A stretch of 64,000 bases of DNA from a virus. Of this stretch, positions 1-7,367 are shown piece after piece. Numbering within the stretch: the stretch's first letter is position 1; each line of letters begins with the position of its first letter. The stretch lies in IMG/VR virus record IMGVR_UViG_3300025530_000002, one strand, 5' to 3'. Position numbers and translations under genes: made by a program. The notes beneath the pieces are model-generated. The model had not been told where the DNA came from. It worked only from the letters and a program-made list of their open reading frames with translations, and made no database searches.

Positions 1-88
1 TCAGCGCCGCAATCTCGGCGGCCTGTGCGGCGATGAGATGGGCGACGTTCCCCGAAGGCAGCGGCGACAAATCAGTCTTGGTGGTCAT
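1..88 (-). CDS. Hypothetical early protein, 5' part only (runs off the window); MTT-x3-L-x-PLP paralogue family
   Basis: ATG at 88. Reverse translation MTTKTDLSPLPSGNVAHLIAAQAAEIAAL resembles the N-termini of CDS 62682..62987 and 62984..63562 and the internal module of 261..1328. Confidence 0.6.
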   Translation of the reverse strand, partial: MTTKTDLSPLPSGNVAHLIAAQAAEIAAL

Positions 89-255
89 GTGAGTTCCCTT
101 CGCAAAGTGTTCAGCAGCATCTCATCTGCCTTCAGGCAAATGTCCCTGTATTCGTCGTGAGCCTTCTGTGCGCGCTCGATCCTCTCCGCATCTCCGCTAA
201 GGCGGGCCTGCCCAAGCTCTGCCGCAAGCTGCATAAGCGTCGCAAAGCTAGCCAC
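85..255 (-). CDS. Hypothetical small protein (56 aa, below the ORF-track cutoff)
   Basis: GTG at 255, just after the upstream stop. Its own stop overlaps the next ATG as ATGA (85-88). Translation VASFATLMQLAAELGQARLSGDAERIERAQKAHDEYRDICLKADEMLLNTLRRELT. Third codon positions are G/C-rich. Confidence 0.5.
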   Translation of the reverse strand: MASFATLMQLAAELGQARLSGDAERIERAQKAHDEYRDICLKADEMLLNTLRRELT

Positions 256-260
256 GACCC

Positions 261-1328
261 TCACGGCTTCGGCTCCTGGTGCTTGGTGGCGAGGGGATCA
301 GCGCCGGCATAAACCGCGCTCGGCGCGTCAGGCCACTCGCGGCGCAGGGTGTCAAAGTCGCCCTCGTTCCATAGGCGCAGGAACGCCCTACCCTCCGGGT
401 CGTTCAGGGCGAACTGGATCGCTGCCACGGCTGCGGCCTGCTTGCAGTAAGGGCAGCCGATAGGGTTCAAGCCATCGTCGAGCCAGCTGCAGCCGCAGTT
501 GTCGCAGAAGGTGATTGCGGAACGGGTCGTCTGCCGCAGCAGGGCTACTGCGGTGTCGGCGCGCTCAAGCTCTTTGCGCCACCGGGCTTCCAGGACGTCA
601 ATTCCTTTACGGGCGTCCGGCCCGAACAGCTCCTTCAGAACCTCGGACCAGTACGCAGACCCCGGCGCCCACCGGACGGCGCTGGCACCATCATCCCGCA
701 GTCGCTCCACCTCCGCCCGCAGCCGCTCGACCTCGGTGCGCAGGTTGTCGGCTTCGGCTTGGGCTGCGCGCGCTTTGGCGCCGTTGCTCATCGCTTGCTG
801 AAGATGCTGCTCGGCCTCCGCCCGCAGCGCCTCGATCTTGTCGGTGGAGTCACGAACAGTGTCCTCCAATCGGGTTCGCAAGGCGTCGATCTCGGCCTGT
901 AGCGATGCTACGGCGCGGGCGACGTTGGCGCGGGCGTAGTCGTGCATACGGTCAACGAGCATTACGCCCTTGTCGCACTCAAAGTCATCAGCGGGGATGG
1001 TGTAGTTGCTCATCCACTTCGGCAGCGGCAGCAGATCAGTCTCGGTGGTCATGGCTGGCTCCTGGTAATCGGTGGTGGGGGCTGCGGGCTGCGAAGCGGC
1101 GTGTTTCGGATACCGACAACACTCGCGCACCTCGTCCAGCTTGCCCCAGACGCGCAGCACTTCCTCGCTGATGAGCACGTAGCCTTCCGGCGGCGTGTAC
1201 CGTGCGATAACAGCCCGAGCGAAGGCGTTGGCCCTTTCGACCACGCCCTCGGCTCCCGTTCCGTACTCATAGATGTGGTCCAGCAGACTGTCGAACTCGG
1301 GCATCCCGACGACGTTGACATCACTCAC
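261..1328 (-). CDS. Hypothetical early protein; apparent in-frame fusion of a 92-aa module with an MTTE-LLPLP/DYARAN module; coiled coil and C-terminal zinc ribbon
   Basis: 355-aa ORF. Internal ATG at 1052 is preceded by CAGGAGCC and gives MTTETDLLPLP, like the stand-alone paralogues. Heptad-rich LQAEIDALR...RLRAEVERLR. CDNCGC-x12-CPYC lies near the C-terminus. Confidence 0.7.
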   Translation of the reverse strand: MSDVNVVGMPEFDSLLDHIYEYGTGAEGVVERANAFARAVIARYTPPEGYVLISEEVLRVWGKLDEVRECCRYPKHAASQPAAPTTDYQEPAMTTETDLLPLPKWMSNYTIPADDFECDKGVMLVDRMHDYARANVARAVASLQAEIDALRTRLEDTVRDSTDKIEALRAEAEQHLQQAMSNGAKARAAQAEADNLRTEVERLRAEVERLRDDGASAVRWAPGSAYWSEVLKELFGPDARKGIDVLEARWRKELERADTAVALLRQTTRSAITFCDNCGCSWLDDGLNPIGCPYCKQAAAVAAIQFALNDPEGRAFLRLWNEGDFDTLRREWPDAPSAVYAGADPLATKHQEPKP

Positions 1329-1756
1329 TTCCCTTCCCCCTTCGCCAGCGCGGCTTTGGCCGCCTCATGCGCTCGCATCGGCGTTTCAGGATCGAAACCC
1401 AAGCGCCGATACGTGTCCGCTGATGGAATCCAATTAACCAACACTTTCAGCGCTTCACGCAGCGCATCCCGTTCTTCCACCAGCGTCTGGACGGTGTCGG
1501 GATCGCACGCGGCGATGAGGGCAGCGTTGGCGCGGGCGTTGGGTAGCGCCTGAAGGCGCGCGCCGAATCCAATATAGTCGTCTGGCGTGACATCCTCGTA
1601 CAGCGTGCAGATGATAGGATCGTTCCAGCGGCAGCCCTCGTTTTCCGGCAGGGCGACCGTCACGTAAGGGTAGCTGTCGCCATCGATCACGCGCCTTGGG
1701 CCGGACGTCGGCCCCATCGCCAACGCCTGGCGGATGTTCGCGTAGGGATCAGTCAT
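1325..1756 (-). CDS. Ead/Ea22-like early protein (putative)
   Basis: Start placed at ATG 1756 (MTDPYAN), with an 8-nt ATGACTGA overlap on the upstream stop. NARANAALIAACDPDTVQTLVEERDAL resembles the Ead/Ea22 family from memory. The C-terminal 45 aa are paralogous to CDS 62682..62987. Confidence 0.55.
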   Translation of the reverse strand: MTDPYANIRQALAMGPTSGPRRVIDGDSYPYVTVALPENEGCRWNDPIICTLYEDVTPDDYIGFGARLQALPNARANAALIAACDPDTVQTLVEERDALREALKVLVNWIPSADTYRRLGFDPETPMRAHEAAKAALAKGEGK

Positions 1757-2171
1757 CGCTGCTCTCCTTCGCCAGTGCAGCTTTGATCTTTCGCCGCATA
1801 CCCCAGTACGAGCACGTGCACACTCCGACCGAGTGGTCGCACGTGTCAATCTCCTCATCGAGCCAATCCAGCTCGTTGTCGGCGTCCTTCAGCGCCTCGC
1901 GCAGCGTCTCGTTCTCGGCCTTCAGCGATACCAGTGCCTCCCGCAGCGCGTCTCGTTCCAGCACGATGGCCTGCGCAGCCTTGATCGACTCGTAGTCGCC
2001 ATGGACGAACAAGTTCCCGCCACCGGAGCCGACGCCCATCGTCACAGCGGTCATGGGCTGCAACCTCTCCACCTCCGCCGCCAGCCGTTCGACCTGCCTA
2101 ACGGCGCACTCGTAGTGCCTCGGGCCCCAGCTCCAGCAGTCGTCGGCGTGGGCGTTTTGGTGGTCAGTCAT
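1749..2171 (-). CDS. Hypothetical early protein, CW-x-WGPRHYEC family
   Basis: 140 aa. N-terminus MTDHQNAHADDCWSWGPRHYECAVRQVERLAAEVERL is paralogous to 3821..4135. Coiled-coil centre; CDHSVGVCTC near the C-terminus. Confidence 0.7.
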   Translation of the reverse strand: MTDHQNAHADDCWSWGPRHYECAVRQVERLAAEVERLQPMTAVTMGVGSGGGNLFVHGDYESIKAAQAIVLERDALREALVSLKAENETLREALKDADNELDWLDEEIDTCDHSVGVCTCSYWGMRRKIKAALAKESSDD

Positions 2172-2424
2172 TGCTCAGTCCTCTCAGTTCCAGCCGTGAC
2201 TTCACGGCAGCGGCGATCTGGGCTGCAACTGCTTCTCGGCATTCGTTGCAGACTTCTTTGTATTCGATCACTGAACTCTGCCAATTTCTGTTCGTGCTCA
2301 CTTCACCCATCGGGTTGCTGCACGGGAGGTAGACTTTCAGGTACAGACCAACAGCTTGAAGATACCATTTCGTCTCCTCTACCCGCGCATGACACAAGTC
2401 GCAGACAAACACGTTCTCTCTCAT
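2164..2424 (-). CDS. Hypothetical CxxC...CxxC zinc-finger protein
   Basis: ATG at 2424 (ATGA overlap with the upstream stop). MRENVFVCDLCHARVEE...EVCNECREAV. Confidence 0.6.
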   Translation of the reverse strand: MRENVFVCDLCHARVEETKWYLQAVGLYLKVYLPCSNPMGEVSTNRNWQSSVIEYKEVCNECREAVAAQIAAAVKSRLELRGLSND

Positions 2425-2618
2425 TGCTGCTCTCCTTTGGGTGCTGGTGGCGCTGGGCGTTTTCCCTTCGGCATCCAGTGCGTGTAGTACGGCGCGTCTG
2501 CCCGAGAGAAATGGACGCTGCTTACGTCTGCAAACACTTTGTCGTACACCCACACGGTGCCAGATTCATCCGCATCGTCTACGGTTGGCCTGCGGTCGGT
2601 CATACGAATCCAATTCAT
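2421..2618 (-). CDS. DUF551-like phage protein (putative)
   Basis: 65 aa. MNWIRMTDRRPTVDDADESGTVWVY matches the W-I-x3-D-R-x-P N-terminal pattern of DUF551 as I remember it. Confidence 0.5.
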   Translation of the reverse strand: MNWIRMTDRRPTVDDADESGTVWVYDKVFADVSSVHFSRADAPYYTHWMPKGKRPAPPAPKGEQQ

Positions 2619-2700
2619 ATCGTCGCGGCCTACTCCTCGGTGTGCCCGGCGCGCACTCGTGCCTCTTTGATCTGCTCGGGGATTGGTTGCTCTGCGGTGC

Positions 2701-3123
2701 TTATCGCTTCTGATCCTTCATCTTTCGCCTCGATTGCTGGGCGAACGCGCTTAACAGCTGGTAGGAAATGCGCTGGATGCTGTACGCCTCGAATTCGTCG
2801 CTGGGTGACTTCTCGCCGATGTCCTCGCAAAACGCTTGCCACACGTGCACGGCCTCGTGGACCAGCAGGGCGGCTACGTCAACGGGAGAGCGCCGGCTAA
2901 CGTCTCCTAAGCAAACGACCGCGACCAAGCCGTGATCTTGGTTCTCCAGCAGATGAGTGGTCGCGTCGGCGCGCTTGCCCACCCAAGGACGCCGCTGATG
3001 GGCCGGAACCTTGAGGTAGTCCAGCACCGCGTGGTAGTCCTTCTCTGTGGTGCACAGGCACAGATACGGGCCGATGATCAGAGAACGGTCCAGCCAAGGA
3101 ACTGATCTAGCCTTGCGCTTCAA
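2701..3123 (-). CDS. Putative zincin-like metallopeptidase (HExxH)
   Basis: TTG start at 3123 with GAGGAG 5 nt upstream. LLVHEAVHVWQAF followed by DEFEAYSIQ. Confidence 0.55.
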   Translation of the reverse strand: MKRKARSVPWLDRSLIIGPYLCLCTTEKDYHAVLDYLKVPAHQRRPWVGKRADATTHLLENQDHGLVAVVCLGDVSRRSPVDVAALLVHEAVHVWQAFCEDIGEKSPSDEFEAYSIQRISYQLLSAFAQQSRRKMKDQKR

Positions 3124-3139
3124 GTCTGCTCCTCAAAGA

Positions 3140-3475
3140 TCACGGTAAGGCACGCACCTTCGCAAGCGTGCGTTCCGCCAATTCAACCGCTTCGTCTGTA
3201 GGCAATGGGGCTTCATCGTCAAAACCCCGACAGCGCCCATGTGCGTACCACTCCAACGACTGGGCTACTTTTTTCAGCGCCTCTTCCAGCCGCTCGGCAC
3301 GGGCCTCGGCTTCGCCGTGTAGTTCCGCCTGTGCGGTGGCAACGCGCTTCCACTCAGCCACCTCCGCCCGCAGCGCTTCGAGTGTGGCGGCAGCTTCGGA
3401 GAGCAGCGAGAAGTCACCGTTCCCGAGTTCATCGGAACCCTCAAAGGCGCGTAGCCGTTCAATCAGGTCAGCCAT
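3140..3475 (-). CDS. Hypothetical early protein, x-DLIERLRA family
   Basis: ATG at 3475 with GGAGGGGG upstream. MADLIERLRAFEGSD...ALRAEVAEWKR is paralogous to the N-terminus of 4399..4773. Confidence 0.65.
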   Translation of the reverse strand: MADLIERLRAFEGSDELGNGDFSLLSEAAATLEALRAEVAEWKRVATAQAELHGEAEARAERLEEALKKVAQSLEWYAHGRCRGFDDEAPLPTDEAVELAERTLAKVRALP

Positions 3476-3824
3476 TTCCCCCTCCGTTTGCCGCTGCGAT
3501 GGCGGCATCTCCGCACATCGTTGGATCTGACATATCCTCGCGCAGGGCCTCGTCCAGCGGCATGTGAGTAACTCCCAGCCACCCCAGGTACTTGATGGCA
3601 CAGCGCCTCATAGCCTCGTTTTCGCGTGCAAGCGCATCCCTCTCCGCCAGCAGCTCGCACAGGGCGGCGCGATGCTTGTCTATGCTCTCGTACATGGCTA
3701 GCTCGAAGCGGCGGTCCTCGTCCGTATGGCAGCCGAACCCCCTTTTGGCCTGAGTCGCGCCCAGCAGACGTGCCGCCTCCACCAGTTCGTCCAGCTCCCG
3801 CAGCACTTCGATGTTCGTGTTCAT
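3468..3824 (-). CDS. Hypothetical early protein
   Basis: 118-aa ORF packed with 8-nt and 4-nt overlaps to its neighbours. Protein-like composition. Confidence 0.65.
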   Translation of the reverse strand: MNTNIEVLRELDELVEAARLLGATQAKRGFGCHTDEDRRFELAMYESIDKHRAALCELLAERDALARENEAMRRCAIKYLGWLGVTHMPLDEALREDMSDPTMCGDAAIAAANGGGNG

Positions 3825-4135
3825 GGCTCGGCTCCCTCGCCCAATCGCTCGCGCAGGGCAGGAATGAGTTCCTTGCGCTCATCCGCATTGGTGCCGCAGC
3901 GAAGTTCTAAAGCTTCCAGCGCCTGCCGCAGCAGGGCTTCATCGCGCTGTTCGCGTTCTTCCAGTTCCCGCAGCGCCTCCGCCAGTCGCGCGGCGCGGGC
4001 TTCGGCTTCGGCCTTTGCGGCGGAAACGCGCTCCCACTCGGCCACCAGCAGCCTGATTTCCTCGATCGCGCACTCGTAGTGCCTCGGGCCCCAGCCCCAG
4101 CAGCTGGGGGCATGCGTGATCTGGCGGTCAGTCAC
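3821..4135 (-). CDS. Hypothetical early protein, CW-x-WGPRHYEC family
   Basis: GTG start (GTGACTGA junction). VTDRQITHAPSCWGWGPRHYECAIEEIRLLVAEWERV is paralogous to 1749..2171. Confidence 0.7.
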   Translation of the reverse strand: MTDRQITHAPSCWGWGPRHYECAIEEIRLLVAEWERVSAAKAEAEARAARLAEALRELEEREQRDEALLRQALEALELRCGTNADERKELIPALRERLGEGAEP

Positions 4136-4406
4136 TGCTGCTCTCCTTTTTTCTGTGGCTGTGGTTCACAAAGCCCCAGATTCCGCGCGGTTTGTTGCTA
4201 TCCTCATAGCCCTCGCAAGAGGGGCAAAGCGGCGCTCCGCAAACGAACTGACCGGCATAGCTGCATTCATGGTCGGCTTGATTCCCGCACACACAGCACT
4301 TTTTCTGGAGGTGCGTATCGCAGAAATCTCCTTGACTTGTGGCTGCGTTGCACCGCCCGACCCAAGCGACGACAAATTTGCATTTGTTTTCGTGTCGGTC
4401 AGTCAC
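4128..4406 (-). CDS. Cysteine-rich putative zinc-binding protein (10 Cys in 92 aa)
   Basis: GTG at 4406 in a GTGACTGA 8-nt overlap with the upstream stop. KCKF..GRC..FCDTH..KKCCVCG..HEC..VCG..LCPSCEG. Confidence 0.55.
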   Translation of the reverse strand: MTDRHENKCKFVVAWVGRCNAATSQGDFCDTHLQKKCCVCGNQADHECSYAGQFVCGAPLCPSCEGYEDSNKPRGIWGFVNHSHRKKESSSD

Positions 4407-4773
4407 CCTTTGCCCTCCAGTCTGGAACCGCCATCCACGCCACGATGTCGTCCCGGTCCACATCACGGAAATCCCGACCCCACTCGGCAGGCCAAGAATT
4501 GGTGGTCTTGGCGTACCACATACCGACCTCGACGTTGTCCTTACTGTCGCGGGCCACGTACAGCCCTTCGGTGACAGGGTCTTCGCCTTCTTGCCAACCG
4601 CAGGCGTCCATAGCGAAGTCAACACCTTCCTTCCACGCTTTGTCGACAGCTTTTCGCAGCGTGGCCATCTCTTCCCGCGCCGCTTCGAGCGCGTCGGCGG
4701 CTTCTTCCGCAACGGAAACGTCGGAGTGTTCGTACCGAGCCAGTGCCCGCAGCCTCTCGATCAAGTCGTTCAT
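4399..4773 (-). CDS. Hypothetical early protein, x-DLIERLRA family
   Basis: ATG at 4773. MNDLIERLRALARYEHSD is paralogous to 3140..3475. Confidence 0.65.
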   Translation of the reverse strand: MNDLIERLRALARYEHSDVSVAEEAADALEAAREEMATLRKAVDKAWKEGVDFAMDACGWQEGEDPVTEGLYVARDSKDNVEVGMWYAKTTNSWPAEWGRDFRDVDRDDIVAWMAVPDWRAKGD

Positions 4774-4775
4774 GT

Positions 4776-4973
4776 TCAGTCCCGACTCCTGTTGCTCCAA
4801 AAAACAAGCCCCCAGCAGCAACCTCCGACGAAACACGCGGCGAAAACTGCGAACCACACTCCACGATCAAGCCCGGCAACCAGGCTAGCGAACGTCATGA
4901 AGGTGGCTACAGGGACTCCAGGGTGGTCTCTCAGGCGCTGCCAGTAAGTACGGCGAATTTCGCGGTCAGCCAC
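4776..4973 (-). CDS. Small membrane protein
   Basis: GTG at 4973 (GTGGCTGA overlap). Two hydrophobic stretches: VATFMTFASLVAGL and VWFAVFAACFVGGCCWGLVFW. Confidence 0.6.
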   Translation of the reverse strand: MADREIRRTYWQRLRDHPGVPVATFMTFASLVAGLDRGVWFAVFAACFVGGCCWGLVFWSNRSRD

Positions 4974-5241
4974 TCTTCGCCGCTCCGTTGTCGACGCCGA
5001 TCTGGAAAGGCGTCTTGATCGGCAGGTCTTTGATCGCCTCGTATATGTGCGTCGCGGTCTCCATGTCGCCGCACACCAGAAAGAAAGGGATGTCGAAGCA
5101 GTGCCATTTGCCGGGCTGAATGTTCGACGCGACAGCCTGCTGCCGCGGCTTCATGTACTCGACAAGCTCAGGCGGAAAAGTCACGCCTGCGCGGCGCTGG
5201 ATGTCCTCGACACTCAGGTTTCCAAGATAGATGCAGCTCAC
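4966..5241 (-). CDS. Hypothetical protein
   Basis: GTG at 5241 preceded by AGGAGGG. First gene after the internal terminator. Confidence 0.6.
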   Translation of the reverse strand: MSCIYLGNLSVEDIQRRAGVTFPPELVEYMKPRQQAVASNIQPGKWHCFDIPFFLVCGDMETATHIYEAIKDLPIKTPFQIGVDNGAAKSG

Positions 5242-5265
5242 CCTTCATCCCTCCTAAACGTGTTT

Positions 5266-5305
5266 AAAAAACCTCCTCGTCCCCAGGGGAGAAGAGACGA
5301 GGAGG
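5266..5305 (-). terminator. Rho-independent terminator inside the early operon
   Basis: On the minus strand a 10-bp stem CCTCCTCGTC/GACGAGGAGG (5272-5281 with 5296-5305) is followed by TTTTTTAAA. It lies just downstream of the stop of CDS 5355..5684. Confidence 0.7.
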
Positions 5306-5354
5306 ACCCTTTCTCCCGGGCTGGGGGTGCGCCCGGGACCACTGGGCCAGTGGA

Positions 5355-5684
5355 TCAGTTGGCCTGGCGAATGATACGCGCGGGCGCCATCGCCTTGGCG
5401 ACGATGTCGCGCGCTGCGGCCTCGATCTCGACGAGCGACGGCATGTCGTCGTCCCTGCCGAAAGCTCGGCCGATCCAGATGCCCAGCGGCTCGGCCACCT
5501 CATACGCCCAGACGCCCGGCCATTCGCCCTGTATTTCCTCGTACAGGCGGGCCAGCACTCGCGCGGTATCTTCCAACACCAACGCACGTTCAACAGACAG
5601 CGCCGTGGCGCGGCCAGTCTCGGCTGCCCCTTGCGTCCAACCACACACCAGTAGGGCGAAGTCTGCGGGGTCATAATCGGTCAT
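5355..5684 (-). CDS. Hypothetical protein
   Basis: 109-aa ORF (MTDYDPADFALLVCGW...) with protein-like composition. Confidence 0.65.
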   Translation of the reverse strand: MTDYDPADFALLVCGWTQGAAETGRATALSVERALVLEDTARVLARLYEEIQGEWPGVWAYEVAEPLGIWIGRAFGRDDDMPSLVEIEAAARDIVAKAMAPARIIRQAN

Positions 5685-5705
5685 GTTGGATCTCCTCTGG
5701 ATCGG

Positions 5706-5987
5706 TCAGGCGCCGTGCGCGAGGGCCCCGGCCACCAGCAAGGCTTCTGCGAACCTGTAGTAGCGTCGGGCCTCCGTGAGCGTCCTGAAGGTCTCCCAGA
5801 AGCGCCTGACCTTCTTCTCGTGGTCGTACGCCCGCACGTGGTAGACGCTATGCCGATACAACAGCGTGACTTGGACGGAGCCGTAATACTTCTCCTCCAT
5901 GTACCCGCAGGCCAAGGCGTACGGGGTGAGCCACCCGTCTTTCGTGTAGAACCTCGGGTGCGTCAGATGGCGCGGATCAACCTTCAT
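5706..5987 (-). CDS. Hypothetical protein
   Basis: 93-aa ORF, tightly spaced after 5991..6896. Confidence 0.65.
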   Translation of the reverse strand: MKVDPRHLTHPRFYTKDGWLTPYALACGYMEEKYYGSVQVTLLYRHSVYHVRAYDHEKKVRRFWETFRTLTEARRYYRFAEALLVAGALAHGA

Positions 5988-5990
5988 GGT

Positions 5991-6896
5991 TCAGTAGTGC
6001 TCCGCTTCGGCTCGGGTGATGTAAAAGTGGATGCCCGACGCGCACTCCTGGCGCCAGTCGTCCTCGAACCGGTCCGCCACGACGCGCTCGCCTACGCGGT
6101 ATGTGGTCTTGCCGTCGTGCAGACTGATGCCGACCTCACCGCCGATGACCTCAAGCACGTCCGCGAACTCGGCCCGGCACTTGCGCCCGAACGCGTGGGA
6201 CCGCTTCGCGTCAGCAGGAATGCGCAGCTTGACGAGCACGCCATCCTGGCACTTCTTCCATCCGATCAGATCACCGTCTGGAAGGATTCGGGTCCTGGCA
6301 AAGGCCAGTTCGGTAAGATCGACTTTGGCCAGGTGTGCTTCGGACAGGTCCGCGCCGATGAGGTCCGCATTGTCCAGGCGCGCTCCGGTCAGGTCCGCAT
6401 TGCGTAGGACTGCGCCGGACAGCCTCGCGCGAGACAGGTTTGCGCCGCGCAGATCCGCGTGAGGCAGGTCTGCGCCGCGCAGGTTCGCATCAAACAGGCG
6501 TGCGTCACGCAGGTCTGCGTAGGGCAGACTCGCTCCGACCAAAACTGCGTAAGACAGGTTTGCGCCGTACAAGTTCGCGCGCATCAGAGACGCGCGGGGC
6601 AGGTACGCGCCGTGCAGGCTTGCGTAAGACAGGTTCGCATTGTCCAGAATTGCGCGAGACAGGTTTGCGCCGCACAGGTCTGCGTCTACCAGGTTCGCGC
6701 CGTCCAGGTTCGCGTGGGACAGGTTCGCGCTGCACAGGTATGCTTCGGCCAGAGCCTCGCCATTCGGGTCTACGTTGTACGCGCATTGGACTGCGTACCC
6801 GAGCTGCTCGCCGTAGCTTTTCCTGGCGATCTCTGCAGGCAGTTCACACTCGAACTGGACTTTGCCGTTCCATCGATTCATGATTGCGAATTTCAT
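5991..6896 (-). CDS. Pentapeptide-repeat protein with a C-terminal DUF5758-like domain
   Basis: About 30 consecutive A(D/N)LxX pentapeptides (ANLSHANLDGANLVDADLCGANLSRAILDNANLSYASL...). The C-terminal 100 aa end in SGIHFYITRAEAEHY. Confidence 0.85.
   Translation of the reverse strand: MKFAIMNRWNGKVQFECELPAEIARKSYGEQLGYAVQCAYNVDPNGEALAEAYLCSANLSHANLDGANLVDADLCGANLSRAILDNANLSYASLHGAYLPRASLMRANLYGANLSYAVLVGASLPYADLRDARLFDANLRGADLPHADLRGANLSRARLSGAVLRNADLTGARLDNADLIGADLSEAHLAKVDLTELAFARTRILPDGDLIGWKKCQDGVLVKLRIPADAKRSHAFGRKCRAEFADVLEVIGGEVGISLHDGKTTYRVGERVVADRFEDDWRQECASGIHFYITRAEAEHY
6281..6728. repeat. 15-nt-periodic coding repeat (pentapeptide repeats)
   Basis: Visible periodicity in the DNA. 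It generates the repetitive spurious plus-strand ORFs 6440..6883 and 6459..7214. Confidence 0.8.
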
Positions 6897-6911
6897 GGCC
6901 TGACCTTTTGC

Positions 6912-7250
6912 TTACGGGATGATCTCCAGGCGCCAACCTGTGCAGCACGCCCGCAGCTGCTCATACACCTCGTGCGACACGTTGATGCACCCATCGGTGA
7001 CGGGCGGGCGCTTCGTTCGCTGCAGCAGCTGTTCACGCGCAGGGCTGGGCGGACGATGAATGGCGAACACGCCGCCTCTGCCATCGCGGGCGAACTCCAG
7101 CACATCGCCCCCGTACTGAGGCGCAGACACCTCCAGACGGCGGAGCTGAAACGCGCCGTGCGGTGTATCAGGTCCGACGAGCGCCGGGTGGCACATGCCG
7201 GCAAAGCACAGTAGAGCTTCGCTGAGTAGGACGTGGATCGTCGTGCTCAT
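6912..7250 (-). CDS. L,D-transpeptidase (YkuD/DUF2778)-like small protein (putative)
   Basis: ATG at 7250. Hydrophobic N-terminus MSTTIHVLLSEALLCFAGMC. FAIHRPP-x20-VTDGCINVSHEVYEQL resembles the His...(S/T)xGC(I/V) catalytic motif. Confidence 0.5.
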   Translation of the reverse strand: MSTTIHVLLSEALLCFAGMCHPALVGPDTPHGAFQLRRLEVSAPQYGGDVLEFARDGRGGVFAIHRPPSPAREQLLQRTKRPPVTDGCINVSHEVYEQLRACCTGWRLEIIP

Positions 7251-7367
7251 GCGGGGCTTCCAGATAGGTGGTGGGCGGCGCCCTGCTGCTCGGGGCAGGC
7301 ATCTGGGGAGAGACGCAGCAGGACGCCGCTTTGGCGTCTCACGACGCGACGGAGCCACCCCTCCGCG

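Noticed and set aside
6440-7214. Plus-strand repetitive ORFs (RRAG/LRRT/VRAVQ repeats) opposite the pentapeptide gene.
   Set aside because: They mirror the 15-nt periodic pentapeptide repeat on the other strand. The minus-strand reading gives a canonical A(D/N)LxX protein.
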